Position numbers and translations under genes: made by a program. From NCBI GenBank assembly GCA_963783575.1, contig CAWAOD010000003.1:224001-288000 (forward strand): a stretch of DNA of 64,000 bases, given 5' to 3'. Shown here piece by piece: positions 28,453 to 38,613 of this stretch (the first letter of the stretch is position 1; every line of letters begins with the position of its first letter). The notes under the pieces were generated by a model, which ran no database searches, was not told the DNA's origin, and was given only the letters and a program-made list of their open reading frames with translations. The DNA comes from an uncultured Spirochaetota bacterium. Its GTDB lineage: Bacteria; Spirochaetota; Brevinematia; Brevinematales; JAOACQ01.

Positions 28453-31344
28453 TTATTTACCAATTTTGTCAAGCAGTTCTTTTGATTTTATAGCCCAATC
28501 GCTTCCCGGATATTTATCAATGATTCGCTCAAGATACTTCCTTGCAGTATCCGCATTATCAGTTTTATAATAACAATAGGAAAGGCCGTAAAGGCTCTGG
28601 GGATAAAGCCCGGTATATTTATAAACATAAAAGATATTCCCATACTGCTTTATGGCGTCAATATAATTCCCCTTGTTTTTATTGTATTCGGCTAATTCAA
28701 AAATTGATAACGCAGCTTCATCACCGGTTGAAATATTTATGACATCATTGAACAATTTTAATGCGTCTTCAATTTTTTCTTCTCTCTTATAGACAAGCGC
28801 CAGTTTATACATTGCAGAGGCTTTTGCCTCAGGAGTTTTGCTCTGATCGATAAGGAGCCTGTACATTTTTTCTTCATTGCCGCCGCTTTTTTGTTTCAAT
28901 TCAATATCCGAAAGCTGAATCTTCGCTTTTTCGGCATCTGGTGAACCGGGGAACAAATCTATCAGTTTTTTTAAATAATAACCGGCTTTATCAAAATTAC
29001 TTAAATTGTAATAAATAAGAGCGGCTCTCCATAAGCTTTCATCGGAATAATCGCCTTTCGGATAGCTTAAGAAATATCTTTCAAACATATTGACTGCATT
29101 TATCATATCATTCATATTATTATATGACCACGCCATCCAGTAAATCGAAGCCGGGGCAAAATCTCCGGCCTGCTTCAGTGTTAAAATTTTATTATAATAA
29201 TCCACAGCTTTTTTATATTCCGCAAGATTATAATAATATTCCGCAAGCTTAAACAGCGCTTCCGCAGTATAGCCTGAATCCGGGTAATTATCCGTAAGAT
29301 TCTGATAAATCAGAGCGGCCTTCTGCTGTTCACCCATTTTTATATTACACCATGCCATATCCGATAAAGCGGCAGGGATATCATCCTTGATTCCGAAAGC
29401 AGTTGCCCTATCAATGAACTGATTGTAAGAATCTATTGAATTCGTATAATCCTCAAGATTATAATAGGATTTGGCAATATAAAGCCAACCTTCCAGTATT
29501 TTATTTTTGTCCTGGGTTAAAGCTATGGAATTCTTAAAATAACCCGCGGCATCATAATATATTTTTAAACGGAAATTCGCCCAGCCAAGAAGATTGTATA
29601 CTTCGGATTTCTGCTCCTGATTAAGATTTTGCTTATCCAGATTTTTAAGATAATCATTCAGTTCTTCAAATTTTTCCTGCTTATAATAAATCCATGCGAT
29701 TTTAATGGAAGCGTCAGCTGAGTATGTTGAAGTTTTATAATCTTTTGTAACCTTTTTAAAATTCTCCTCCGCGTTATTGTAATCTTTATCGTTATAGCCG
29801 ATTATGCCCATACTATAATAAGCTTCAGGCACAAGTGGACTTGACGGATAACCGCCGATCAACCTTTTATAATTTGTCAGCGCTTTAGCATAGTCCTCTT
29901 TTTTTATATAAACCCAGGCAGCTTCGCTGAGAGCCTCATCGCGCAGAGAGCTTCCGGTATTGCTAATAATTACGCCGAATGATTCAAGAGCCCAGTCATA
30001 ATTAGTCAATCCCGCATAAGCATGACCCTTATAAAGAAAAACTTCATCCGATTTGCCGTTTATCGGATCTGTTCTTGAATAATTTTCAAAATATGAAATC
30101 GCGTTTTTATACTGCTCCAATTCAAGGCAGCATCTTCCCATCCAGTAAAGCGCCTTCTTTCCATATTCCATATCGGGGAATTTATTATTAATCTTTTCAT
30201 ATTCGGAAAGAGCCCCGGGATAATCTTTTTCCAGAAATTCCAGTTCGGCAATCTTCGAATAAGCCAGGACTTCGCTTTCCCCGCCGGATAAAGCGATTTT
30301 TTCATAAACCGCAAGGGCGTTTGAATAATCTTCCTTTAAAACATAACATGAAGCCAGTTCAATTATACTTTTTTTTGAATATTCGGGATCATTATTCGAA
30401 TTTGTCAGCTGAACCAGGTATTTCACCGCTGAATCAATGTCATTCTTAAGCTTATAAAGAAGTGCAATTTTATACAGAGCCTCATCCCTGTATTCATTAA
30501 TGACAACTCCATTGCTTAATGTCCGGGAAAGTTCCGTCAGATACTGCAGCGATTCGCTGAATTTATCCTGTTTGATATAACACATCGAAGTATAATAAAG
30601 CGCTTCATACTGAAAATTAAGATTGGTTTTCGATACAATCCCAAGCAAATATGGAAGAGCTTTATCAATATCATTATTCAAATAATAAGCTTTTCCGGTA
30701 TCAAAAACCGCTTCATCCCTGTAAACCGAAGAAACATATTTATCAGAAAACTGTTTAAGCACATCAATTGCATTTTTGTAATCGGAATCATAAAGATAAG
30801 CCTGTCCAAGCCTGAAAAGGCTTTCTTCAGAATATGCCGAGGCCGGATATTTCTGATTGAGTAGCTTGAATTCATCTGAAGCCGCGTCATATTTACCGCT
30901 CAATAAATAATCAAAAGCAACAATATAAGTAGCTTCGGGTATAAGTTTACTGCCCGGATATGTTTTTATAAAACCGGTAAGGTTTTGAATTGATTTTTCA
31001 TAATTCTTTAATTTATAATAAGCCGCGCCGATTAAATATACAGCTTTTTCTTTAAACGGCGAATCCGGGTAATTGTTAATAAATTTATTGAACGACACTA
31101 TTGCCGTATCGAATTTATTGTCTTGAAAATAACACATGCCTATATAAAATGAAGCATCATCGGCAAATTCCCCGTCAGGATCGCTGGAGACAGCTTTTTC
31201 AAACAAATTGACAGCTATTGAATAAGCGCCGTCATTGAATGAAGCGAGGCCCGAATTGAAATATCTCTGGGAATCGCTTTTTGCAGCATAATTTATTGAA
31301 AAAATAAATAATATCATTAGTATTGGAAGAATTAATTTTTTCAT
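28453..31344 (-). CDS. Large secreted tetratricopeptide-repeat protein
   Basis: Signal peptide followed by about 25 TPR-like units (A.Y.IG..YY...Y..AI..F..FI..YP.S). Confidence 0.9.
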   Translation of the reverse strand: MKKLILPILMILFIFSINYAAKSDSQRYFNSGLASFNDGAYSIAVNLFEKAVSSDPDGEFADDASFYIGMCYFQDNKFDTAIVSFNKFINNYPDSPFKEKAVYLIGAAYYKLKNYEKSIQNLTGFIKTYPGSKLIPEATYIVAFDYLLSGKYDAASDEFKLLNQKYPASAYSEESLFRLGQAYLYDSDYKNAIDVLKQFSDKYVSSVYRDEAVFDTGKAYYLNNDIDKALPYLLGIVSKTNLNFQYEALYYTSMCYIKQDKFSESLQYLTELSRTLSNGVVINEYRDEALYKIALLYKLKNDIDSAVKYLVQLTNSNNDPEYSKKSIIELASCYVLKEDYSNALAVYEKIALSGGESEVLAYSKIAELEFLEKDYPGALSEYEKINNKFPDMEYGKKALYWMGRCCLELEQYKNAISYFENYSRTDPINGKSDEVFLYKGHAYAGLTNYDWALESFGVIISNTGSSLRDEALSEAAWVYIKKEDYAKALTNYKRLIGGYPSSPLVPEAYYSMGIIGYNDKDYNNAEENFKKVTKDYKTSTYSADASIKIAWIYYKQEKFEELNDYLKNLDKQNLNQEQKSEVYNLLGWANFRLKIYYDAAGYFKNSIALTQDKNKILEGWLYIAKSYYNLEDYTNSIDSYNQFIDRATAFGIKDDIPAALSDMAWCNIKMGEQQKAALIYQNLTDNYPDSGYTAEALFKLAEYYYNLAEYKKAVDYYNKILTLKQAGDFAPASIYWMAWSYNNMNDMINAVNMFERYFLSYPKGDYSDESLWRAALIYYNLSNFDKAGYYLKKLIDLFPGSPDAEKAKIQLSDIELKQKSGGNEEKMYRLLIDQSKTPEAKASAMYKLALVYKREEKIEDALKLFNDVINISTGDEAALSIFELAEYNKNKGNYIDAIKQYGNIFYVYKYTGLYPQSLYGLSYCYYKTDNADTARKYLERIIDKYPGSDWAIKSKELLDKIGK

Positions 31345-31448
31345 CAATTTCCTCTAACATTATTCAACATATCATTCATTATAATAATTTTAAAAAAAAA
31401 ATACAAGTGAAAAATATGATCGGGAGCTACCCGAAATTAGCTAAATCA

Positions 31449-31477
31449 TTGACAACCAATAAAAATATATATATTAT
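31449..31477 (+). promoter_or_regulatory. Sigma70-type promoter
   Basis: TTGACA-17 nt-TATTAT upstream of the acyltransferase gene. Confidence 0.65.
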
Positions 31478-31534
31478 TTATGCAGATTAAATCAATCCGG
31501 CACTGATATTAAGTTATTTCAGAAGAAGGCTGGA

Positions 31535-32326
31535 ATGAAAAGCGTATCAAAGAATAATAATTTAATAAACAACCTGCTGTATTTTTCACTTACTTGGTTT
31601 TTCAGCCTGGTTATCTGGCGGCATAAGGTTACTGGATTTGCCAATATACCGGTTAAAGGCCCCGCGGTTCTTGTCGGTAATCATATGGGCTCGATCGGGC
31701 CGATTACCATTATGTCCTCGCTTCCAATCAGGCTTTACCCCTGGATAACCTCGGAAATGACAAATTTAAGGGAATCCCCGGAATATCTGAGGAAAGATTT
31801 TGTAGAAAAAGAGCTGAAGCGAAAGCCCCCATTCAGCACTCTACTTTCCTTAAGCATTACAAGCATTGCAGTACCCTTGATTAACAGCCTTCACTGCATA
31901 CCAGTTTATAAAAACCCTTTCAAGCTGAAATATACATTTGAAAAATCGATTGAACTTTTAAAGAATAATAACTTTATACTGCTCTTTCCCGAAGACACAT
32001 TAAAACCCCCGGTTAACGGAAAAATAAACCCTGCTGATCCTGACTATGTTATGTATCCTTTTAAAACTGGCTTTGTAAGGCTCGGCAAGTTATATTATAT
32101 TGAGACCGGAAAAAGATTGGAATTTTATCCGTTATCTTTTAACAAGAGCGCAGGAATACTGGCAATCGGAAGATCAGTGTTTTATAATCCTGAAAATTCG
32201 ATTCGCTATGAAGAAAAGAGAATAGCAAATTACCTTGAAACAGAAATACAAAATCTTCATAAATACTTTTCAAAAATATACCTGGAAGGAATCGAAAAAC
32301 CGAGGCTAATAAAGAAGATAAAATAG
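31535..32326 (+). CDS. PlsC-like lysophospholipid/glycerol acyltransferase family protein
   Basis: GPAVLVGNH, IPVY, ILLFPE, FKTGFV.L, IGRSV blocks; the HxxxxD Asp is absent. Confidence 0.8.
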   Translation: MKSVSKNNNLINNLLYFSLTWFFSLVIWRHKVTGFANIPVKGPAVLVGNHMGSIGPITIMSSLPIRLYPWITSEMTNLRESPEYLRKDFVEKELKRKPPFSTLLSLSITSIAVPLINSLHCIPVYKNPFKLKYTFEKSIELLKNNNFILLFPEDTLKPPVNGKINPADPDYVMYPFKTGFVRLGKLYYIETGKRLEFYPLSFNKSAGILAIGRSVFYNPENSIRYEEKRIANYLETEIQNLHKYFSKIYLEGIEKPRLIKKIK

Positions 32327-32355
32327 ATCATTTTTCTTCAGGCGGATAATTTATT

Positions 32356-32388
32356 GGACAGCCAGACACCTGAAAGGTCTGGCCGCCC
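32356..32388. terminator. Hairpin between convergent genes
   Basis: gccagac (32361-32367) / gtctggc (32377-32383) stem. Confidence 0.4.
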
Positions 32389-32405
32389 TTACATCAAAAA
32401 GGCAT

Positions 32406-33968
32406 TTATTTTACAACAAGGGAATTGACACAGGAATACGAATCTGAGCTGTCGAGAATCGTTAATGCTCCATTCTTCCAGTAACAGGCCTGCGGGCTTC
32501 CATAACCGCCGCCGACAAAAACATTTCCAGAACCGTCCACTGCGATGGAAGAAACGATATATCCGGAGAATGTGGTTTGTTTCCCGTTCTTCCAGTAACA
32601 GGGATAACTATTATTGCCGTAATACCCGCAGACGAAAACATTCCCCGAGCCGTCAATTGTAATGGAACTGGCATTGCCATAATAGCCGGAATTATCGAGA
32701 GTAGTTAAAGACCCATTCTTCCAGTAACAGGGGCAGTTATACTTAGCGCTGTTTCGATAGTACCCGCAGGCGAAAACATTCCCCGAACCGTCCACCGCAA
32801 TGCCATTAACCTTCGAATCAACATTGGTTAGAACTGTCAAAACCCCGTCCTTCCAGTAACAAGCAATGTTCGTACTGTTGGTGTCTTGATAATATCCCCC
32901 TACGAATACGTGCCCGGAACTGTCCACTGCCAGGGAATTAACCTGGGAATTCACATTGGTCAAAGCTGTCAAAATCCCATTTATCCAATAACAGGCTCCA
33001 TGATTTGTTATGTTATAATAAGACCCGCCGGCGTATATATTTCCCGAGCCATCAACCACAAGAGAATTGACACCGGATAAATCAGTATTATCAATAGATA
33101 TAAATACTCCGTTTTTCCAGTAACAAGCATAGCTATTTAAAGCCCCACCGGCGTAAGCATTCCCCGAACCATCCACTACAAGGGAATTAACCTGGGAATT
33201 CACATTGGTCAGAGTCGTCAAAACCCCGTTTATCCAGTAACAGGCAGCATTATTAACGTATCCACCGGCGTAAACGTTAACATTGTTCCATAATGTATAA
33301 ACCGTGGTATTGGTCGTAACTCCTGTACCTGCTGTAAAAACATATCCTCCGCCATTAGTCGCCGTGTACCAGCCCGCAAAGTAATTACCTGTTTTTGACG
33401 GTGAAGCGGGAAGAGTACCGACATTCGTCGATGGAAATATAACATATTCCGTTTCTGTAGCCGGAGTTCCACCCTGGTTATCAAATGTTACCGTATTGGT
33501 TAAGTACGGAGCCCAGGGTGAAAATGTTAAATAATTATTAAATGTCTTGTCGCAATCAGTTACAAAACCGTTATTATAGTGCTGCAGCTTTATTTCTATG
33601 GAATAAGGCGGTACACCTGCCGAAAAAGGTACTCCGCCCGTAGGGAGAATTCCTAACCAAAATCCTCCGCTTGAGGCAGTTGTTGAACTTATAGTTGGAT
33701 AATCCCAATAATTTCCAACGCTATCTCTAAAATAAGCATAAAGATAATACTGCTGGTAACCCGGCATGTCATCGTAGGATACATATACTTCAAAGGTAAA
33801 AGCACTGTTACCATAAGTGCTGGTCCCAAGGCTGCCCAAATTATTGCTGGTAATGCTTATAGAACCGCTGCCGCCGCTGCTGGAACTGCTTCCAGGGCCG
33901 TTGCCGCAACCCTCAGCTATGCAAAGGATAACAATAAAGATGCCGATAACAAAGATTTCCCTGATCAT
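32406..33968 (-). CDS. Lipoprotein with Listeria-Bacteroides (InlB B) repeat and YWKNG-repeat beta-propeller
   Basis: AEGC lipobox-like; TVTFDNQGG...P.KTGNYFAGWYT...G; about 7 repeats of VDGSGNV.AGG....ACYWKNG. Confidence 0.82.
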   Translation of the reverse strand: MIREIFVIGIFIVILCIAEGCGNGPGSSSSSGGSGSISITSNNLGSLGTSTYGNSAFTFEVYVSYDDMPGYQQYYLYAYFRDSVGNYWDYPTISSTTASSGGFWLGILPTGGVPFSAGVPPYSIEIKLQHYNNGFVTDCDKTFNNYLTFSPWAPYLTNTVTFDNQGGTPATETEYVIFPSTNVGTLPASPSKTGNYFAGWYTATNGGGYVFTAGTGVTTNTTVYTLWNNVNVYAGGYVNNAACYWINGVLTTLTNVNSQVNSLVVDGSGNAYAGGALNSYACYWKNGVFISIDNTDLSGVNSLVVDGSGNIYAGGSYYNITNHGACYWINGILTALTNVNSQVNSLAVDSSGHVFVGGYYQDTNSTNIACYWKDGVLTVLTNVDSKVNGIAVDGSGNVFACGYYRNSAKYNCPCYWKNGSLTTLDNSGYYGNASSITIDGSGNVFVCGYYGNNSYPCYWKNGKQTTFSGYIVSSIAVDGSGNVFVGGGYGSPQACYWKNGALTILDSSDSYSCVNSLVVK

Positions 33969-34209
33969 AAGAATTTAACCTCCCACAGATATTGTTTCAA
34001 ACTTATTTTAAAGAAAATAATAGGAAACCTTATGATTATAACTAAGGATAGGTTATTACAAAGTCATAAAAATTGCAAAAAACTTATAAAAATATTGATT
34101 TGATTTATCCAAAAATATGTAATTAAAAGAACAGCTTTAGTAATGACAACAGCTAAAGTATCTCAACATTGGTAAAATTATGGGAATAGCCGGAGGCTTT
34201 TCTTAGTAG

Positions 34210-36741
34210 CTAAACTCCGCTTTTTGTCCCGGCGGTTTCCTTCCTGCTCCTGGTCTCTTTCTTTTTTCCCGGATTTATACCGGTATCATTAGATTTAATA
34301 TTGAAAGATACTGAATTGTTTTTTAATGTGACCTTAATTTCAATCAGCACATTATCATTCCCAAGGCTAACATTTTCAGATAAAAGCTTATCCGTTGCCG
34401 GAATTTCAATAATTTTGCTGATAGCCCTGGTTAATGAGCGTGCTCCGTATTTAGGGTCAAAGCCTTTTTCAATAATATATTTTTTTACTTCCAGGCTGAC
34501 CGTAAAATGAATTCCCTTTATTACAAGGGTTTCATTCAATTCTTCTATCATTTTGTCAACTATTTCTACCAGTACGGAATCGTCAAGCTGGTCGAAAATC
34601 ACAATTTCATCGATCCTGTTCAGGAATTCGGGTTTGAAGGTTTGCTTCAATTCCGACAGGATATAATCTTTTGTTTTCTCGCCGTTCATTTCGCTGTCTG
34701 TAAAACCTAGATTTCCCTTATTTGTAAAATGCGATGTACCCAGGTTTGATGTAAGTATCAATATTGAATTCCTGAAGTCCACTTTATTGCCGAGACTGTC
34801 CGTAATCCTGCCTTCGTCCAGAATCTGTAGAAGCATATTAAAGACTTCGGGATGGGCTTTTTCAATTTCATCGAATAATACAACCGAGTACGGCTTCCGC
34901 CTGATTTTCTCGGTAAGTTCGCCCCCGGATTCATGACCGATATAACCGGGAGGAGCTCCGACAATTTTTGAGACATTGAATTTTTCCATGTATTCGCTCA
35001 TATCAACACGTATAAGGTCCTCTTCGGAACCGAACATAAATTTTGCCAGAGCCTTCGCAAGCGCTGTTTTACCCACACCTGTTGGTCCAAGGAAGATAAG
35101 GCTTGATATAGGCCTTGTTGCTTTACGCATCCCGACAACATTCTTTTTTATTGCATTTGATATAGCCTCAATCGCTTTTTCCTGTCCTTTAACGCTTTTC
35201 CTCAATTCATCCCCAATGCTTAGAAAGCGTTTTTTGTTATCGTCATCATTCAACCTGCTTACAGGGATATTTGTGATGGAGGACAGCACCTCTTCAATAT
35301 CCTTCTGATCGATCACGATCCTGTCTTTATGATTTTCATTAAGCCACATAATCTTTATTTTTTCATGGAGATTCCGGAGTTCCTTTATCCTATCGCGCAG
35401 TCCGGCAGCCTGTTCATAAACCTGGGTTTTAACGAGGCTGTTCTTTTTATCCTCCATTATTGCGATTTCATTTTCGATTTTTATCAGTTCATCGGGTTTT
35501 CCATTTAACGAGATGCCGGAAAAGGCCCCGGCTTCATCTATAATATCAATGGCCTTATCGGGTAGTTTTCTGTCGGTAATATAGCGGTGGGATAATTTCA
35601 CAGCTGAAACAATTGCCCTGTCGGTATAGGTTACATGATGGAACTGCTCGTATTTTGTCTTTATCCTGGATAGAATTTCTATAGTTTCATCAATACCCGG
35701 TTCATTGACTATAATCGGCTGGAATCTCCTTACAAGGGCTTTATCTCTTTCGATGCGCTTCCTGTATTCGTCAAAAGTCGTTGCGCCTATGCAGCGTATT
35801 GTTCCCCTGGCTAAAGCCGGCTTGAGCATGTTCGAGGCGTCAAGAGCGCCTTCGGCGTTGCCGGCACCGAGGATAGTATGAATCTCATCGATGAAGAGAA
35901 TCACATCATCGGAATCCTCAGCTTCCTTAACTATATTTTTCATCCTCTCCTCAAACTCACCCCTGTATTTTGTACCTGCAACTATTAATCCCAGGTCAAG
36001 GAGAAGGATCTTTTTATCGATCAATTTTTCAGGTACTGTATTGTTCACGATCATCTGCGCAATCCCTTCAACTATGGCCGTTTTACCGACACCCGGTTCG
36101 CCGATGAGGATGGGATTGTTCTTCTGCCTCCTGGAGAGAACCTGGATTACCCTTTTAATTTCGTTATATCTTCCTATAACCGGATCAAGATGGCCCTGGG
36201 CCGCAAGAAAGGTAATATTTTTCGAGAAGCGGTCAAGAAACTGGGTTTTGACCTGCTTTTTTTTACTTTTATAATTGTTAATCTCGCCGTACCCTACAGT
36301 TTTAATTACAGCCTGCCTGATAAAGTTTAAATCCACATTGCGGTTTGCAATAATTAATGGAACAAGCGCATCCGGATCGTCCTCAGCTATCACTGCCAGC
36401 AGAAGATGTTCGGTACCGACATAATTATGCCCTATGATTTTCGACTCTTCCTTACTGGTTTCTATAACATTTTTAAACCTTCCGGAAATCGGAATACCGC
36501 CCAATGTAAGTGTATTGCTTGATTTTCCGCGGAGCATCATTTCCAGCTCCCTTTTTATATCATCAAGGTCAAGGCCTATATACGCCATCGCTCGGACACC
36601 GGCGCCTTCAATTTCCCGTAATATTCCTAGGAATAAATGCTCCGGGTTTACCTGATCGCTGAAAAGCCTTCTTGCCTCCTGCTGAGCCAGAATGGACAGC
36701 ACTTTTTGTGCCCTGGGTGTGAATCCTGTAAAATCACTCAT
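34210..36741 (-). CDS. clpC: ATP-dependent Clp protease ATP-binding subunit ClpC
   Basis: Clp_N repeats, GEPGVGKT, AGTKYRGEFEER, short UVR middle domain (YEQAAGLRD), GPTGVGKT, GAPPGYIG; lies downstream of mcsA/mcsB. Confidence 0.95.
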   Translation of the reverse strand: MSDFTGFTPRAQKVLSILAQQEARRLFSDQVNPEHLFLGILREIEGAGVRAMAYIGLDLDDIKRELEMMLRGKSSNTLTLGGIPISGRFKNVIETSKEESKIIGHNYVGTEHLLLAVIAEDDPDALVPLIIANRNVDLNFIRQAVIKTVGYGEINNYKSKKKQVKTQFLDRFSKNITFLAAQGHLDPVIGRYNEIKRVIQVLSRRQKNNPILIGEPGVGKTAIVEGIAQMIVNNTVPEKLIDKKILLLDLGLIVAGTKYRGEFEERMKNIVKEAEDSDDVILFIDEIHTILGAGNAEGALDASNMLKPALARGTIRCIGATTFDEYRKRIERDKALVRRFQPIIVNEPGIDETIEILSRIKTKYEQFHHVTYTDRAIVSAVKLSHRYITDRKLPDKAIDIIDEAGAFSGISLNGKPDELIKIENEIAIMEDKKNSLVKTQVYEQAAGLRDRIKELRNLHEKIKIMWLNENHKDRIVIDQKDIEEVLSSITNIPVSRLNDDDNKKRFLSIGDELRKSVKGQEKAIEAISNAIKKNVVGMRKATRPISSLIFLGPTGVGKTALAKALAKFMFGSEEDLIRVDMSEYMEKFNVSKIVGAPPGYIGHESGGELTEKIRRKPYSVVLFDEIEKAHPEVFNMLLQILDEGRITDSLGNKVDFRNSILILTSNLGTSHFTNKGNLGFTDSEMNGEKTKDYILSELKQTFKPEFLNRIDEIVIFDQLDDSVLVEIVDKMIEELNETLVIKGIHFTVSLEVKKYIIEKGFDPKYGARSLTRAISKIIEIPATDKLLSENVSLGNDNVLIEIKVTLKNNSVSFNIKSNDTGINPGKKKETRSRKETAGTKSGV

Positions 36742-36753
36742 TATAATCTCCGA

Positions 36754-37782
36754 TTATATTTTTACCATTCTGTATTTAATCTGTAATATAAGATTACGCA
36801 GCATATTAAGCCTTACTTTGCCGGTCGAATCAGGTTCAACACTGTATTTATATATTAAATAATCATCGCTGGCATGGAAAATCAAATTTCTGATCTCCTG
36901 AATATTATTGACCGAAATGAATTTTTTATTTAATGCGTCAATAAGGGATATGTAATAAACAAGTGCCGAATAATCCAGACTTTCCTTGACAGAAATCTCA
37001 TGTATCTCTTCAAAAGAAAGCTCCATTTCATCCTTGTTATTGAAATATTCCATCCTAGATTTTGTTTCCAGTTGAAATACTTTTATTAAAAACTGTTCAT
37101 ATTCCATAAGCAGTTCTTCTTCGGATACACCCAATGAATAGATATTATAAATCATAAACAACCCCGAATCCCCATTCTCAAGCAGATTGACAGCTGAATA
37201 TCCCATCTTGTTGGCTGTTTCAATAAATTTCTCAATTTTTTTCATTGCCACAAGGCCGTACAAATTCACGATTGAAGAAATTCTTAACCCGGTACCGACA
37301 TTTAATATCGAAGCCGTCAAATATCCGTAATGCTCATCATAGGAAAAATCGATTTTTTCTTCAATTTTATCCATTACGTCAGAAATTCGCCTGTATATCT
37401 GCCTGGGGTTAAATCCGTTCTCTATGGAAAGAATCCTAATGTGATCGTCTTCATTGAGCAGGATAACCCAGCCGCCGTTTATTTCGTAAACAAAAGTCCT
37501 TCCGAATTTAAGGAATTCATTTGTAATCACATGATTTGACAGGTAAATCAAAGTATTATCCCTGCCCATTTCGTCGATTGTTTCTTTTTCAATATCGCAG
37601 GGTAATTCTTTGATTCTTTCAAATACTTTTTCATCAATGATGGATTTTTCTTTCGAAGAAAGAGTGAGCGGAAAATTTAAACCCTCTATATTCCGCGCAA
37701 TTCTTACCCTTGTCGTAAACACAAAATTATCAAGTTGATTTCTTTTTCTATCCTGAGTCTTTGGAAACTCAATAAATTTCAT
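36754..37782 (-). CDS. mcsB: McsB-like ATP:guanido phosphotransferase family protein (degenerate motifs)
   Basis: TRVRIARNIEG..FP, LNEDDHIRI, GYLTASILNVGTGLR; lies between mcsA and clpC. Confidence 0.85.
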   Translation of the reverse strand: MKFIEFPKTQDRKRNQLDNFVFTTRVRIARNIEGLNFPLTLSSKEKSIIDEKVFERIKELPCDIEKETIDEMGRDNTLIYLSNHVITNEFLKFGRTFVYEINGGWVILLNEDDHIRILSIENGFNPRQIYRRISDVMDKIEEKIDFSYDEHYGYLTASILNVGTGLRISSIVNLYGLVAMKKIEKFIETANKMGYSAVNLLENGDSGLFMIYNIYSLGVSEEELLMEYEQFLIKVFQLETKSRMEYFNNKDEMELSFEEIHEISVKESLDYSALVYYISLIDALNKKFISVNNIQEIRNLIFHASDDYLIYKYSVEPDSTGKVRLNMLRNLILQIKYRMVKI

Positions 37783-38362
37783 CTTCTTTTCCGACGGGAT
37801 GGTTGCCTGTAAGCTTATCCAATTTCTTTTTTATTTTATCCGCCTGTTCGTAATTTTCGGAATGTATGGATTTCTTCAGCTGATTTTTCAGGTAATGAAT
37901 TTCCTTTTTTAAAAGAAATATACCGGCATATTTTTTCGGCATTTTCCCCCGATGAATACTTCCCCTTTCAAGCTCAAGCAAAATATCGGAAATCTGTTCT
38001 TTAAAATATGAATAGCAATATGGACACCCGAAATATCCGCTTTCTTTGAAATCATCGTATAATAAATCGCAATTACCGCATTTTAACGAGTTCTTACCGT
38101 TCTTTGACTGCATCATCGTGCTGATTATACTTATGTTTGAAACAATAGAGGTCAGGAGGCTTTTCATTTCCTCAAGAGCATCGGCTACCCTGCGGTCTAT
38201 AAGATCAAGTTTTTGAAGCCGCCCTTTATTCTCCATATATTTTATGGCGCATTGAGCGCAAAGGCCCTTTTCTTCTATTTTATCCCTCACCATTACCTTT
38301 ACAAATATAAGAGCCTCATTTTCACAGCAAATACTGCATTTCTGCAACCTGTAACCAGACAT
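37769..38362 (-). CDS. mcsA: McsA-like CxxC/UVR-domain activator
   Basis: CSIC, LCAQCA, CGNC, GYFGCPYCY, HRGKMP, ENYEQADKIK. Confidence 0.9.
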   Translation of the reverse strand: MSGYRLQKCSICCENEALIFVKVMVRDKIEEKGLCAQCAIKYMENKGRLQKLDLIDRRVADALEEMKSLLTSIVSNISIISTMMQSKNGKNSLKCGNCDLLYDDFKESGYFGCPYCYSYFKEQISDILLELERGSIHRGKMPKKYAGIFLLKKEIHYLKNQLKKSIHSENYEQADKIKKKLDKLTGNHPVGKEDEIY

Positions 38363-38613
38363 GATCCGATTCTCCCTTAATTTCCTAATAATATTATCGA
38401 AACAAGACGGCTAAATATGAAAATTAATTATAACAATTCATTTTCTATATCATGATAGCACAAATCATCAAAAAGGTAAAGGAAACATTGCAGGGTTTAG
38501 TTTTAAATTGACAGGCCAAAAACTTTAAAAAAAGATAAGAATATGCTAATCTATATCCTTATCTTAATTTGTGATTAAACAAGCAAGTGCATAGAACGTA
38601 TTTAGGAGTTGAT

